From: Bacteroidales bacterium
GTDB taxonomy: Bacteria > Bacteroidota > Bacteroidia > Bacteroidales > UBA3824
Direction of reading: 5' to 3'
Assembly: GCA_017412115.1 (NCBI GenBank)
Contig: JAFPYR010000017.1
Coordinates: 7,159 to 71,158 of the forward strand
Length of the DNA stretch: 64,000 bases
Positions 8,735 through 20,800 of this stretch are shown in pieces. Position 1 is the first letter of the stretch; each line of letters begins with the position of its first letter. Made by a program: the position numbers and the translations under genes. The notes beneath the pieces are model-generated. The model was given only the letters and a program-made list of their open reading frames with translations, searched no databases and was not told the DNA's origin.

Positions 8735-8764
8735 ATTTCGTAGATAAAATTACGGATTTCGTAG
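8735..8764. promoter_or_regulatory. perfect 9-bp direct repeat with 12-bp spacer (ATTTCGTAG-N12-ATTTCGTAG), candidate LytTR binding site
   Basis: The repeats occupy 8735-8743 and 8756-8764, giving a 21-bp period. They lie in the 306-bp intergenic region upstream of an operon whose last gene is a LytTR regulator. Confidence 0.45.
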
Positions 8765-8807
8765 TCTTTTTTGTTTGGAATAAAGTTTTTTTCAGGGCTG
8801 ATATAAC

Positions 8808-8849
8808 AAAAAAATGCCGTGAACTGTTTTAGCAGTCCGCGGCATTTTT
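8808..8849 (-). terminator. intrinsic terminator of the giant gene (potentially bidirectional)
   Basis: The minus-strand RNA is AUGCCGCGGACUG-CUAAAA-CAGUUCACGGCAU followed by U7. The 13-bp stem has one mismatch and one G-U pair. The hairpin starts 27 nt after the TAG stop. On the plus strand a T-run also follows the stem. Confidence 0.7.
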
Positions 8850-8872
8850 GCTTATTGAAATTTGCGAAATTT

Positions 8873-11800
8873 CTATCTCAGAAGCGTTACGTTTCCGATT
8901 TGCTTGAAGATCTTACCGTTTTCAAATGTACATCTGCACTTGAAGACGTATACATCTTGTTTGCAAAGCTCGCCTCTATAGTAACCGTCCCAACCGATAT
9001 TCGGATCGTGAGATTCGTAAATCTTTTCACCGTAACGGTTGAAGATTTCAAGAGTATAAGTACCTTCCTTAACACCGTTTCTCGGGTACGGTAAGAATAC
9101 GTAGTTGTGGAACTTAGTTTCAACACCACCACAAGGTCCTGCCGGATTAGGAACGAATGCTGTCGGGAATCTCAACATACCCTCCGGTTCAACTCTTACG
9201 TGTCTTTCAGCTGCCTCAGCAGAACAATTATGTTCAGAGGTTACTTTCAAATTAACGTAGAAGTCGCCAGCCGTTGTGTAGTAGTGTGTCGGCTCCATTT
9301 CGTCAGAGGTTACTCCGTCGCCGAAGTCCCACTTGTAAGTTGCAGCACCTACCGAAGTATTGCTTGTGAACAACGGAATGTTCGGCAATCTTACCGTATC
9401 AGGACGGGTTGAGAATTCAGCTATCGGGGTCGGATATATAATCATCGTATCCGTTCTCATGTAAGCCTCACCCTTAACACCGGGTCCGAAAGCGTACTGA
9501 TACATATAGTATTTTCCGACTTTATTGAACAAGTACGTTCCGTTTTGTCCGTCAGGAACAACGAAGCTTGCTTGAAGTACCGTTGAATCCGTTACGTCGT
9601 AGATGTCCCATCTTACAGAATCTGCGAAGTTCACACCTTCAACCAACTCGTGGAGCGTCGGGTTACAACCCGTATTAGATTTAGCACCAATCGTCTTGGT
9701 CGGAGCCGCAGGTTCTATCGTAATCTTAGCAGTATCACTGGTAGAACAATGTTTGTTATTAACATCAAGAACTATAGTGTACTTACCGTAAGTTGCGTAC
9801 TCGTGGATTTGGGTCTTCTTGAAGTCAGTGTTGTCTTTCCAAACATCACCTGAATTATCACCGTAATTCCAAGAGTATCTTACATCAGCACCCGGAATTG
9901 AATCCGCAAACATCGAAACTTTCATGTTCGGTTGTTTGTATGTAAGTCTTGCAACATCAATATGTGCTTTCGGTACAGGATAAACCGTTACCTGCATTGA
10001 ATCTGTCGTACGACATACATCTCCCGGTATCTTAATGTTACTTGTCAACCAAATCGTGTAAACCGTATCCTTGTAACCCTCGTTATGGAACTTTTGAGTT
10101 ATAATCGAATCATGATCGTTCGTATCATAAGAGATTATGTTACCGAAGTTCCAACGATAGAATACTTCTTCTTCCTTGTAAGTATTATACGTTGTATTCG
10201 CAATCTTAACCTCGAACGGACTACAACCTGATGCTGTTCTCGGCTCAATTGTGAAGTCAGGCTCAGGAGCTACGTAATATGTAACCTTAACGGTATCATC
10301 AGCATAACATCTCTTGAAGCCTACACCTTCCATATCAGGAGTATCAGTCGTAGCATCAACAATTCCGTGCCATACAAGAGTATTGGTCATCGGTTTGATT
10401 CCTGTAATTTTTGTAACAGAAGACTTGTTGTTCTCGTACTTAACACCACCTATCGGTGTATCCCAATAACCTGAAACGCTTGATACTCTACCAGCTTCCT
10501 CAAGTATAGGATTGTTCAACGGACCTCTTGCTCTGATTGTCGTTGTATCCTCGCACAAGTACTGGTCTGCACCGGCGTAAACATCGAAATCAAGATTGTA
10601 AATTACTACAGAGTCCATAGCCCTGAAACCGTTTTTAACAACATTCCAATAAAGAACGTTTCTGCCTCGGCTCAAATTGTAAACCTGAGTACCTGCTTTG
10701 GTTGAATCAGTGAAATGAGCAACACCGTTAGAACCTGATGTCCAATAAGCAGCTGCACCTTCGATTTCTTGAGCCTCAAGATAAATAGGTCCATCTTGTT
10801 TTTCACTACAGATTGTCCTATCAGTACCGGCCTCAACCTTGAATGCAATATAATTAATAGTAACAATACTCCTTGCCTCACATTGAGGTGTTAATAACGT
10901 ACCGTTTTGATCTAACGTACCACTGAGTTTTGCTATCCACATCCATTCGTTGATACCTTGAGAAAGTCCCGAAATCTTATAAGTATCCGGTTTGGTAGCA
11001 TCAGTAACTTTTTCCGGTTTACCACCACCGATTGAAGGTAGCCAATATCCAGTATAATTAGACATTATTCTCGGTGTAATTTCGATACTGTTCTTAAGCG
11101 TCTGTTTTACATTCTTCAGAGTCGTCGTATCAGCATCAGTATCAAAATGGTAGGTCTTAATATCTACCGAAGCCTCAGCCGTACAGTTGGTTACTTTATC
11201 TTGAATAAACCATGTAAAGGTATTTGAATAACCATTACCGTCTCTGTCGTAGTACAAACCTACTACTTTTGAGTTGTACAACGTGCTGTTTTCAACATGT
11301 GGACCATCACCGTAGTATGCTACAGGTCTTGAGGCAACAGAACCTAATGACCAATAACCTATTTGATTTTCTGTAGGCGGTGTACCGGCCAATATTGCGA
11401 ACGTATCACAAATCTGCTGATCAGCACCGGCAGTAATGTCAATTGTCGCATTATTAACGATAACCTCCTTGAAGGTTTCACAGGTAATCTGGTTACCGTT
11501 TTGTACAATCCAACGAATCTTATTAGGACCTTTACGCAAACCGTGTACTTCGGCAATATTAGCCGTACTCGGAGTTATTTTACCTGTTCCGTCGGTTATC
11601 TTCCAATGACCCGTACCCTCTGACTGTGTAGCCTGAAGGTTGGTGTAAGGTGTACAAGTTGTCTTAGAACCCGAAAGTATATCAATGTCTACGTGAACGT
11701 TCTTAACAACTACATCCGCCGTTGCAACACAACCGTTCATTTCTACTGTCCAAGTCAATGTCGTCGGAGTAGAATTTCTCAAGCCATAAACCTTAGTTCT

Positions 11801-14800
11801 ATAACTTGTAGAATTTTCAAATCTACCGCCTGACCAATAACCTTTAGCTCTTGTGCCATGGAACTGAGCCGCAAGAGGAGCTACCGTGTCGCAGACCTCG
11901 AAGTCTGTACCTGCATTGGTTTCAAACTTGTTGTTATTAACAATGATTTCATCACTTGCAGAACAACGTGTCGTAGATCCGTTAGGAATTGCAAACTCTT
12001 TAGAGAATACAGTCCATTTCACAACGTTAGCACCTTGCTGAATATGTGTTACCGAAGTAACATTAGCCGTTGAATTTATAATCTCTACATGACCGTTCGG
12101 ATTAGTCCACTCACCGTAACCGCCCTCTGGAGGTTTCTGAGCCATAATAGTCTTAACTTCGTCTTCACCGCAGGCCGTTACAGTTTCGCCAACGTTAGCC
12201 TGTACCGTGTAGTTGTATACATCAACACTCGCTGTGTTAACACAACCGTTCTTTTCAACCTTCCAATAAACGGTATTAAGACCGATTACACCCGGTGTTA
12301 CGACTGCAACTGAAGCAGATGCATCTGAAATCTCAGCAGTCTCAGGATATTCCCAATGACCTTGTGCACCACCTGAAGGAACATTACCGATAACTGTAGC
12401 CGTTCCACCGCATATCGGATTTGCTGTCGCAAGTCTTGCTGTTGCCGGATACAAGCTGTTCATAACCGTCAATTTAGCCGATGCATCACAACCTATAGCA
12501 TTCGTAACATGCCATACAAATGTATGAGCACCCGGAGTTACATTGTAAATATTAGTCTGTGCCGCCGTAGACAAATCATCTACGAAAAGTGCTGAACGTG
12601 AAGTTGTTGTCCACCAGCCTTTGCCGCCATCGTCAGCAGGAGCACCGTTAATTTCGGTTTCTGTACCGCAAATATACAAGGTATCTTTACCGTTGGTTCC
12701 GGAAACCTGAGTATTAATCGGTGAAGAAATTACAGTTAATGTAGCCTCAGATTCACAACTACCTTTCTTAATCTTCCAACCAAGATAGTTATAATCACTT
12801 GCCAAACCTATCACTTTTGCATTGTAAGAGGTTGAAGGAATAATTTCTCCATTTCCTTGAATGATTCTCCACTCACCGGTTGTTCCCTGCGGCGGAACGT
12901 TACCTATAATGTCCGTCTCCTTCAAACAAGTAGAAACCGGCTCGCTCGATACAAGTGCTTTAGGTGCAGTATTGTTGATAACCGTAACGTCATCGTATGC
13001 CTCACACGTACGTCCCGAACCATCGTTCATCGGAATAGTAACTGTCCAACGTAAGGTGTTAGTACCTTCTTGGAGATTTGTTACAGCCGTATTGTTTGCG
13101 GTTGAATTCGTAAATTTAGCATCACCGCCTACAGGTATCCAAGTTGATGTATAGTTTTCAACATTTACATGACCCGAAACATTTCCGTGATCCTCACAAT
13201 ACTCTCTCTTATCTGCCGTTACTGACATTGTTATCTTCATACTTGTTACAATCAAAGTATCAGTAGTAAAACATGCAGCCTCACCTTCACCACGGGTTAT
13301 TCTCCATACGAAGGTGTTCTTACCACCGCTCAAGTTAGAAACCTTAGTAGAGATTGCTGTTGAATTAGCAATCTTAATATCACCGTTCAATGATGACCAT
13401 TGTCCCTTTTCGTCGATGTCAGGAGTATTACCCGTAAGTGTGGTATTGTCAAGACATACAGGGAAGTCATCTCCCGCTTTCGCTACTGTCGGTTTATTAA
13501 CCGTAACGGTTACTTCGTCAGAAACAGTACATCTCTCGTTCTTCTTAGTCCAACGGAATGTATTACCGCCGACTCTAAGTCCCGTTACCTTGGTCTTAAA
13601 CGATGCCGTACTTTCGATTTTACCACCATTTACCAATTTTGTAACAGGTATCCAGTAACCTTCATAAGCACCCGGGTCTGCCGCCTGAAGTGTAACTTCA
13701 TCATCACAAGTTACGAAGTCCGTACCGGCAGAAACACTCATCGCTTGGTTATCCAAAACAACCTCCGCCTGTGATACACAAGTCAGACCGTCCTGAACAT
13801 TTGTAATCGTCCAGTAGAACTTGTTCTCTCCGGAACCAAGTTTTTCAACCTCGGTGTAATTTGCAGTAGAATTAGCAATTTTTGCCGGAGCGTTCTCCGT
13901 ACTCCTAGTCCAAACACCGGTACCAATTCTCGGTGAATTAGCACTCAAGTGATATTTATCTGTACAGATTGATTCACTCGCCATTGTTTGAGCCTTAGAA
14001 GGAGCAAGGTTCTTAATGTATACGGTATCTTTTGTAAGACATGTCTTGTTGTATACATTCCAAATGTAAGTATTAAGACCTTGATTAATACCATTGACAG
14101 TTGTAGTATCGCAACGGTCAGTGTACATATTGGTTACCGTAGATCCCGTATATGCCGCAGTATTGTGAGTCCTTCTTACATTGAACTGACCGCCGCCGTA
14201 AATTGCATCCCATCTTACTGAGTCGTATTGCGCAGGCAAATTTGCAAAGAACTTGTAATAATCTTCGCAAAGTTTGATAGTATCTTTACCAACTTGCGCA
14301 TCTGCTATTACAGCGTTATTAACAATCTGAATAACTGCTTCTTGCTTACAAGAACCGTTATCAACCGTCCATTTAAGAACCGATGTACCCAAATCCAAAT
14401 TAGTTACCTTAGAACCGTAGTTCGTTGAATTGGTAAATCTAATTTTAGACGAGCCGGTAACAGGTGTCCATTTAGCAGTAACCTTGTCTAAATCTTTCTC
14501 CTCCTCGTAACTTGCAGGATTAGAAGCCGCCAATTGAAGCGTAGATTCACAAATCGTAGTATCGTTACCAGCAGTAAAGTTCGGATAAACTTTCGATACA
14601 ATATCAACTATACCGCTTCTCTCGCAACTACCGTCGCGTTTGATAGTCCATTTAACCGAATTATGACCGTATTTCAAACCGGTTACCTCAGTGATGTGGT
14701 TGTTCGGTCTCGAGAATACAATCTTCGAGTTTTTATCCAAAGCCTCCCAGTGACCTTCATCGCCCGGTTCCAACGGAGTACCTGAAAGTGCTACTGTCGT

Positions 14801-17800
14801 AGAACAAGAGTCTATATCCCTTGTATTACCTGCCGATACCGTAAACTCGCTGTTGGTTACCGTTACGTACGTAGAATCAGAACATCCCGACTGAGTGTCT
14901 TCAACAGTCCAAACAAGTACCGTAGCACCTTTTCTTGCATTGTAGTAATGAGAATCACCCTTATGAATATCCTCAAAACTAAAGTCAGAATATACATTAG
15001 ACTTGTGAAGTTTCCATGTACCTGTAGATGTCGGAGCAGTCGGTGTTATTGCACTAAGTTGATAATTAGGACCGCAATACGTAACATCAACGGCTGTAAC
15101 TTCAGGAGCATTGTTAGTAATCTTAATCACATCCGAACCTTTACAACTTTCTTTCGACAATACCGTCCAAGTTATCTCGGTTGTTTCACCGCGTTTAAGA
15201 CCTCTAACAATAGTTCTGTAATTAGTAGGATCATCAATATCAGCAGAACCCTCGGTTACACTCCACAAACCGGTATAACCATTGTCCGCAGGATTATTCA
15301 ATGCTGACAACTCATACGTTGAAGAACACCATTGCATATCATGATGTGTCAATGTAGCATCAGGCTCTAAGTAATCAACATAGATATTAACTGCATTAGA
15401 ACAACCTGCTTCGTTAGTAACCTCCCACTTGAATGAGTTCTTGCCTTTCTTCAAGTTCGTTGCCAATGCTTTAGGATTGCTTGCAGAAGTTGCACCGTCA
15501 ATCAAAACACCTCTTGTAGCACAAGTCCATACACCGTTTTCACCGGATTTAAGCGATGCTGAAAGAACCCTTTGTTCATCACAAGTAGTCAAATTACTTG
15601 CTTTGGCAATTACCTGATCACTCTTAATGTTCACATCGGCAGTTTCAGGACAACCGTTTCTTACAAAATGCCATGATAAAACTGCGGTAGCACCCGGTTT
15701 GATACGGAAGATTGTTTCTGCTACATCAGTATTTTCGATTGTACCCGTACCTGCACCGCTTTCAAGTGTCCAGTGTCCTGTACCACCTGTTGACGGAGTC
15801 GGATACAAGGAAACAATACTATCGCAAATAACATTGCTGTCGTAAATACCGGCTGAAATTTCAAACTGGTTGTTCTTAACCGTTACAACAGCCTCCTTAG
15901 AACATGTCTGAGTACCTGCCGATTTTTCAACGTGCCAGATATATCTCTCAGGAGTTTCCATTGCAATACCACGAACATAAGTCTCAGCAGCCGTAGAGTT
16001 ATCAAATTTACCCTTGTTAGAAGGCGTTGCATGTTTCCAATAACAAGTTGCATCACTCAAAGCATTACCGTTGATTACTGTCGAACCGTTACAAGTCGTA
16101 ATAAGTGGCTCTTCAACAGAAGCAGTTACCTTGCTTGACTTAACGGTTACAAACTTCTGATCGTAACACTTATTGTTGGTAGTAGATGTTACTTTCCATG
16201 AAAGCTGAACATCGTCATTGTAAGGAAGATTCATCAAAGCTATTGAAGACTCTGCCGTATTGCCAACAATATCAACTACACCTTTTTCCAACGTCCATTT
16301 ACCCGTGCAACCGCTCGGTAATACGGCTGAGAGTTTCTTGTTGTCTTCACAAGTGTAGATAACACCGCTCTCATCAACACCTGTAATCGAAGTATGAACT
16401 ACGTTGCTGATAATATTAACCGTAGCAGATTCTTCACATCTACCCTTTGTAACAGTCCACAATACGTAATTGTTGTTGGTATTGAAGTTAGAAACGTATG
16501 TCTTATTGTTTGTAGATTCAAATGTTACAACATCAAGAACAGTTCCTCTTTTCCATCTACCCGTTGCACCGGTACCTTCCAAATTGTTAGCTTCCAATTT
16601 CTCGGTATCTGAACAAGAATAAATCTTATACAAACCGTTTTCATCTGCCGTAACGTTCGTAATCTCAGCTTTAACACTATTGTTAGTAACTTTTACATTC
16701 TTCGAATCAGAACACTTACCTTTTTCTACCGTCCAAATCATTGTCGTAGTACCACTCGGTAAGTTAGAAATCTTAGCCGAAGCATTTGTTGATTCAGTAA
16801 CAAACGTTACATCTTCAGAAGTCGGAATCCAATGACCGAAACCTTTATAAGATAAAGTCGAAGGATCTGTAGCTGAGAGAATTGCTGTTCCATCGCAACT
16901 TTCATCAACATCTCCGGCTATAGCCTTAACCTCATTACTGAATATCGTAATCGTATCCTTAGAGGTACAAGAACCGTTCTTAACCGTCAAAGTAAACGTT
17001 ACATGACTATTTGGTGATATACCTGAAGCCGTTACATTCTTAGTAGTACCGCTGCCGTCACTATATGTAATATCACCGCTTGCATTAGACCATTGATAGG
17101 TTTCACCCGTTGCAATGTCAGCCGCTTTCAAAACAATTGAACCGTCGCAAGTCTGTGTACCTTCTTTGGTTCTTGAATTGTTGATTTCAGCCATTGTAGG
17201 TGCGTGGTTATGGATAATAACGCTTGCTTTATTTTCTTGACATTTACCTGAAATGTCGCTTACAGTCCAAGTAAGTTCGTTATCACCTCTTGCCAAATTC
17301 GTAAATGTAGTTGCCGAAGATGTCGAATTTGCAAATTTAACACTTGAACCTTCGGTCGTAGTCCATTTTCCTACAAATCCCGTAGCCGGCATAGTACCAG
17401 AAATTGAATATACACCGTCGCCGCAGACGTCAGTTTCATCAACTTTGATTACCGGGTTGTACTCGTAACTTCTTACGGTTGCAGTTACGTGGTCAGAACA
17501 TTCCGTCATCACGTTGTCATAAACAGTCCATCTCAAAACGACTGCACTATTAGCATCTACACCGTGATAAACGGTAGCCGAACCTACAACAGAGTTCAAC
17601 TTATTATCAGAAGAACCAAAGTAACCTGAGTAAGAGTTAGCCTCCTTAGACCATACACCTACTTCGCCTTCCTTACCCAAGGTAGCATACAATTCTACAT
17701 CACCGTTACATGTATAGTAATCGGTTTGAGCATTGAGTGCAGGCTTACGGTTGGTAAGCGTTACGAAATCAGTTGCCGAACAAGTCGTCTGAGGTGTTGA

Positions 17801-20800
17801 ACCGCGTTTTTCCGTCCATACAAATTTCGCTTTGTCTGTAAGACCGCTTACTACAATCTTATTAGTACTTATATTGCCTTCCACAATCGTAATACCGTCA
17901 GGAATTGTCCATTCGCCCATTCCTTTCGGCTGGCTTGCCTGGATACTAATATCATTAGAACCGCAAACATTACGCTTATTATCAACAACATTCAAAATCT
18001 CAGTCGTAAAGCTGTTGTCAGTAATTTCTACAATATTTTCAGCTTTACATTTCCTGTCTTCAGATTTTACAACCCATTTGAACTCGTATGAATCACCTGA
18101 AAGACCGGATACCGTAGCAGAGTATGATGTAGAGTTTTTAATAGTAATCTTATTGTCAGGATCACTAAAGTTCTTAACCCATTCACCGAAAGCATTGTTA
18201 TTCAAATCGCTTTGGCTTGCCTCAAGCTTTATGTTGTTTTCTTTACAAACCGTAAAGTTTGCCGGAGGATTAGAAGTAACCGCTGAATTCGTTACGGTAA
18301 CCTCTGCCGTCTTAATATCACAGTTGCCTTTCTGAACGTTCCATGTATATCTCGTTGAACCATGAGAGAATCCGGTTACTTCTATAGATTCAGTAGCAGT
18401 TGAATTAGAGGTAAGTTTAACACCGTTAGATGTCCACCAACCGCGAGCTGCTGACTCTTCAATACTATAAGCAGCAAGTGTAAGTACCGTATCAGAATTA
18501 CATACCGTAACATTTGAGCTAATCAATTTAGCCTCGTAGAAGGTATTGGTAACATTAACGGTTGCAGATGTTTTACAAATCGTTGAAGAACCGTCACCTT
18601 TAGCACGACCTACCGTCCAAGTAAATGCCGTCGTCGTATTCGGTTTCAAATCGGTAACCTTAACCTGACTTGCAGTCGTAGCATTGTTTTCGAAACGAAC
18701 ACCGCTGTCATCAGCCGTCCATTGTGTAAACGTTGCTTTTTCATCAACATCCGTAGCCGAAAGTGTAACAAAATTATCACAAATTACTTCACCGTCGTTC
18801 GGACTGTGGATAACTGCCTTATTCGGCAAGTTGTGAATTATAGTTACCTCACGGGTATCAGAACAACCGCCGTCTATTCTGCTAACGTGCCATACAAATT
18901 TGTTGCTTGCCTGATTGTCAAGACCGCTTACGATTGCGTTAGGATCGTTAGAACCGTTAGCATAAAGCGAACTGTTAGAGCTTACGAACTTGATACCATC
19001 AGCAGCCTCCCAATAACCGGTAGTTCCGCTTGGCAAAGTAGCTTTCATCTTGTATTCGTCCTTACAATCGGTGTAACCCAACTGTCCTGCCATAAACTCG
19101 TTAGCATTGAACATCTTATTCGTAACCGTTACGAAATCTTGTTTTTTGCAAACAATGATGTCGTTGCCGTCAGAGTCTTTACCTTCAAGGTAATAAACGT
19201 TCCAAGAGAACTTGTAATCACCCTTCTTGTTAAGACCGCTGACTGCCGTAACATAACTTGTAGAATTTGCAATCAAGTTAGTTGCAGTATAGCCGGTAAA
19301 GCCTTCAGGATATGACTCTAATTTCCAATAACCTTTGGCATTAGGTCCGTAACCTGAAATGTTCTTTGCCTGAAGTTCTTTGCCGTTAATTGAAAGTTCG
19401 TCAGCAGAACAAATCATTCTCTTAGACTCAATAACTTGTGCCTCAACATAATTGTTAGATACATTTACGATTCTCTCATCAGAACATTCACCCTTAGTAA
19501 CCGTCCAAGTAAAGACTTCACCGCTCGAAGGAATACCCGTTGCTTCAACTGTATATACAGAAGTTTCGCTTACGGTATTGCCGTTTACAAGGAACTTAGA
19601 ACCGTTGAGAGCCGTCCAAGTACCTTTTGAACCCGGATAAGCCGTAACGTTGTCTTCTGCCTGCAATGTGATTGTATTATCACAACTTGAAAGTTTGATT
19701 ACTTCGTTAGAATGCGGATAGTTTCCGTAATTAGCTTCAACATAATTATTAACTATCGTTACAGAAGCCTCAGTCTTACAATTACCTTTAGTAAGCGACC
19801 ACTTGAATACGTTGTTGTTAAGGTCAAGTGCCGTGAATACTACCGTAGTCTGATTTGCACTATAACCGTCTTTGAGTCTACCGCCGCCGAGAGAACTCCA
19901 TTCGCCCGTTACCTTATCTTTGTCGAAGTCCTCAACATCATAAGGTTCAGTGTTAAGAGTTATCTCGTTGTTACAAGTGTAATCAGCTGAAGTAATTTCG
20001 GCTGCAACCGGCATATTGTTGGTAAGCGAAGTAGAAGCTTCGTATTTACATTCCGGTTTGTCGGTTGCTTTTACAGTCCAATAAACCGTATTGTCGCCGC
20101 GGAGCATATTATTAATCGTTGTCAAAGAACTTGACACTGCGCTGAATGTTACACCTTGATCTGATGTCCATTTACCGGTGTAACCGCTCTGAGGTATTGA
20201 ACCTTCAAGATTTGCAGAAGTACCGCAGATAACTTTTGCACCGTCACCTTTAACAACAATCTGAGGTTCATATTTGTAATTCGTTACCTCAACCGGGAAC
20301 GACGTGCTACAATTTTCAAGAACTCTGTCGGATACAGTCCAAATCAAAGTCGTCTTAGAATTATCAGCCAAACCTCTGAACCAAGTCTTTGCTACCGAAG
20401 TAGTCTTTTCGTTATTATCAAAGTAACCCGCTAATGCAGATCTTTCCATAGACCAAGCTCCGTCGTAACCTGTTGCTGCAGCAGTTGCGTTCAACTGAAC
20501 GTTACCGTCGCAGGTCGTAGTATACTCCTCTGCCAAAGATGCACTTGCTGTAGGTTTGCGGTTATAAACAATTACCTTATCCTCAGCAGGACAACTGTTA
20601 CGAACTTCAACCCATTTCAAAGTTGCAGATGTCTTAACACCGCTGATGTTGATAATAGCCGAGGTTGAATTATCAATTGACACCTCTGTAGGATTCCATT
20701 CCCAGTGTCCTTCACCTACAAGGTCAGAAGCCTTAATCTTTGCCGTTTCACCGCAAATGTTATGCGACTGATTTCCTAAAGCATCTTTATCAACATCAAT

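Noticed and set aside
8499-9094. Plus-strand ORFs 8499-8747 (82 aa) and 8819-9094 (91 aa) lie in and around the intergenic region.
   Set aside because: They span a promoter and terminator region and the 3' end of the giant gene. Their sequences are low-complexity with no motifs, and the terminator hairpin lies between them. They are most likely spurious.
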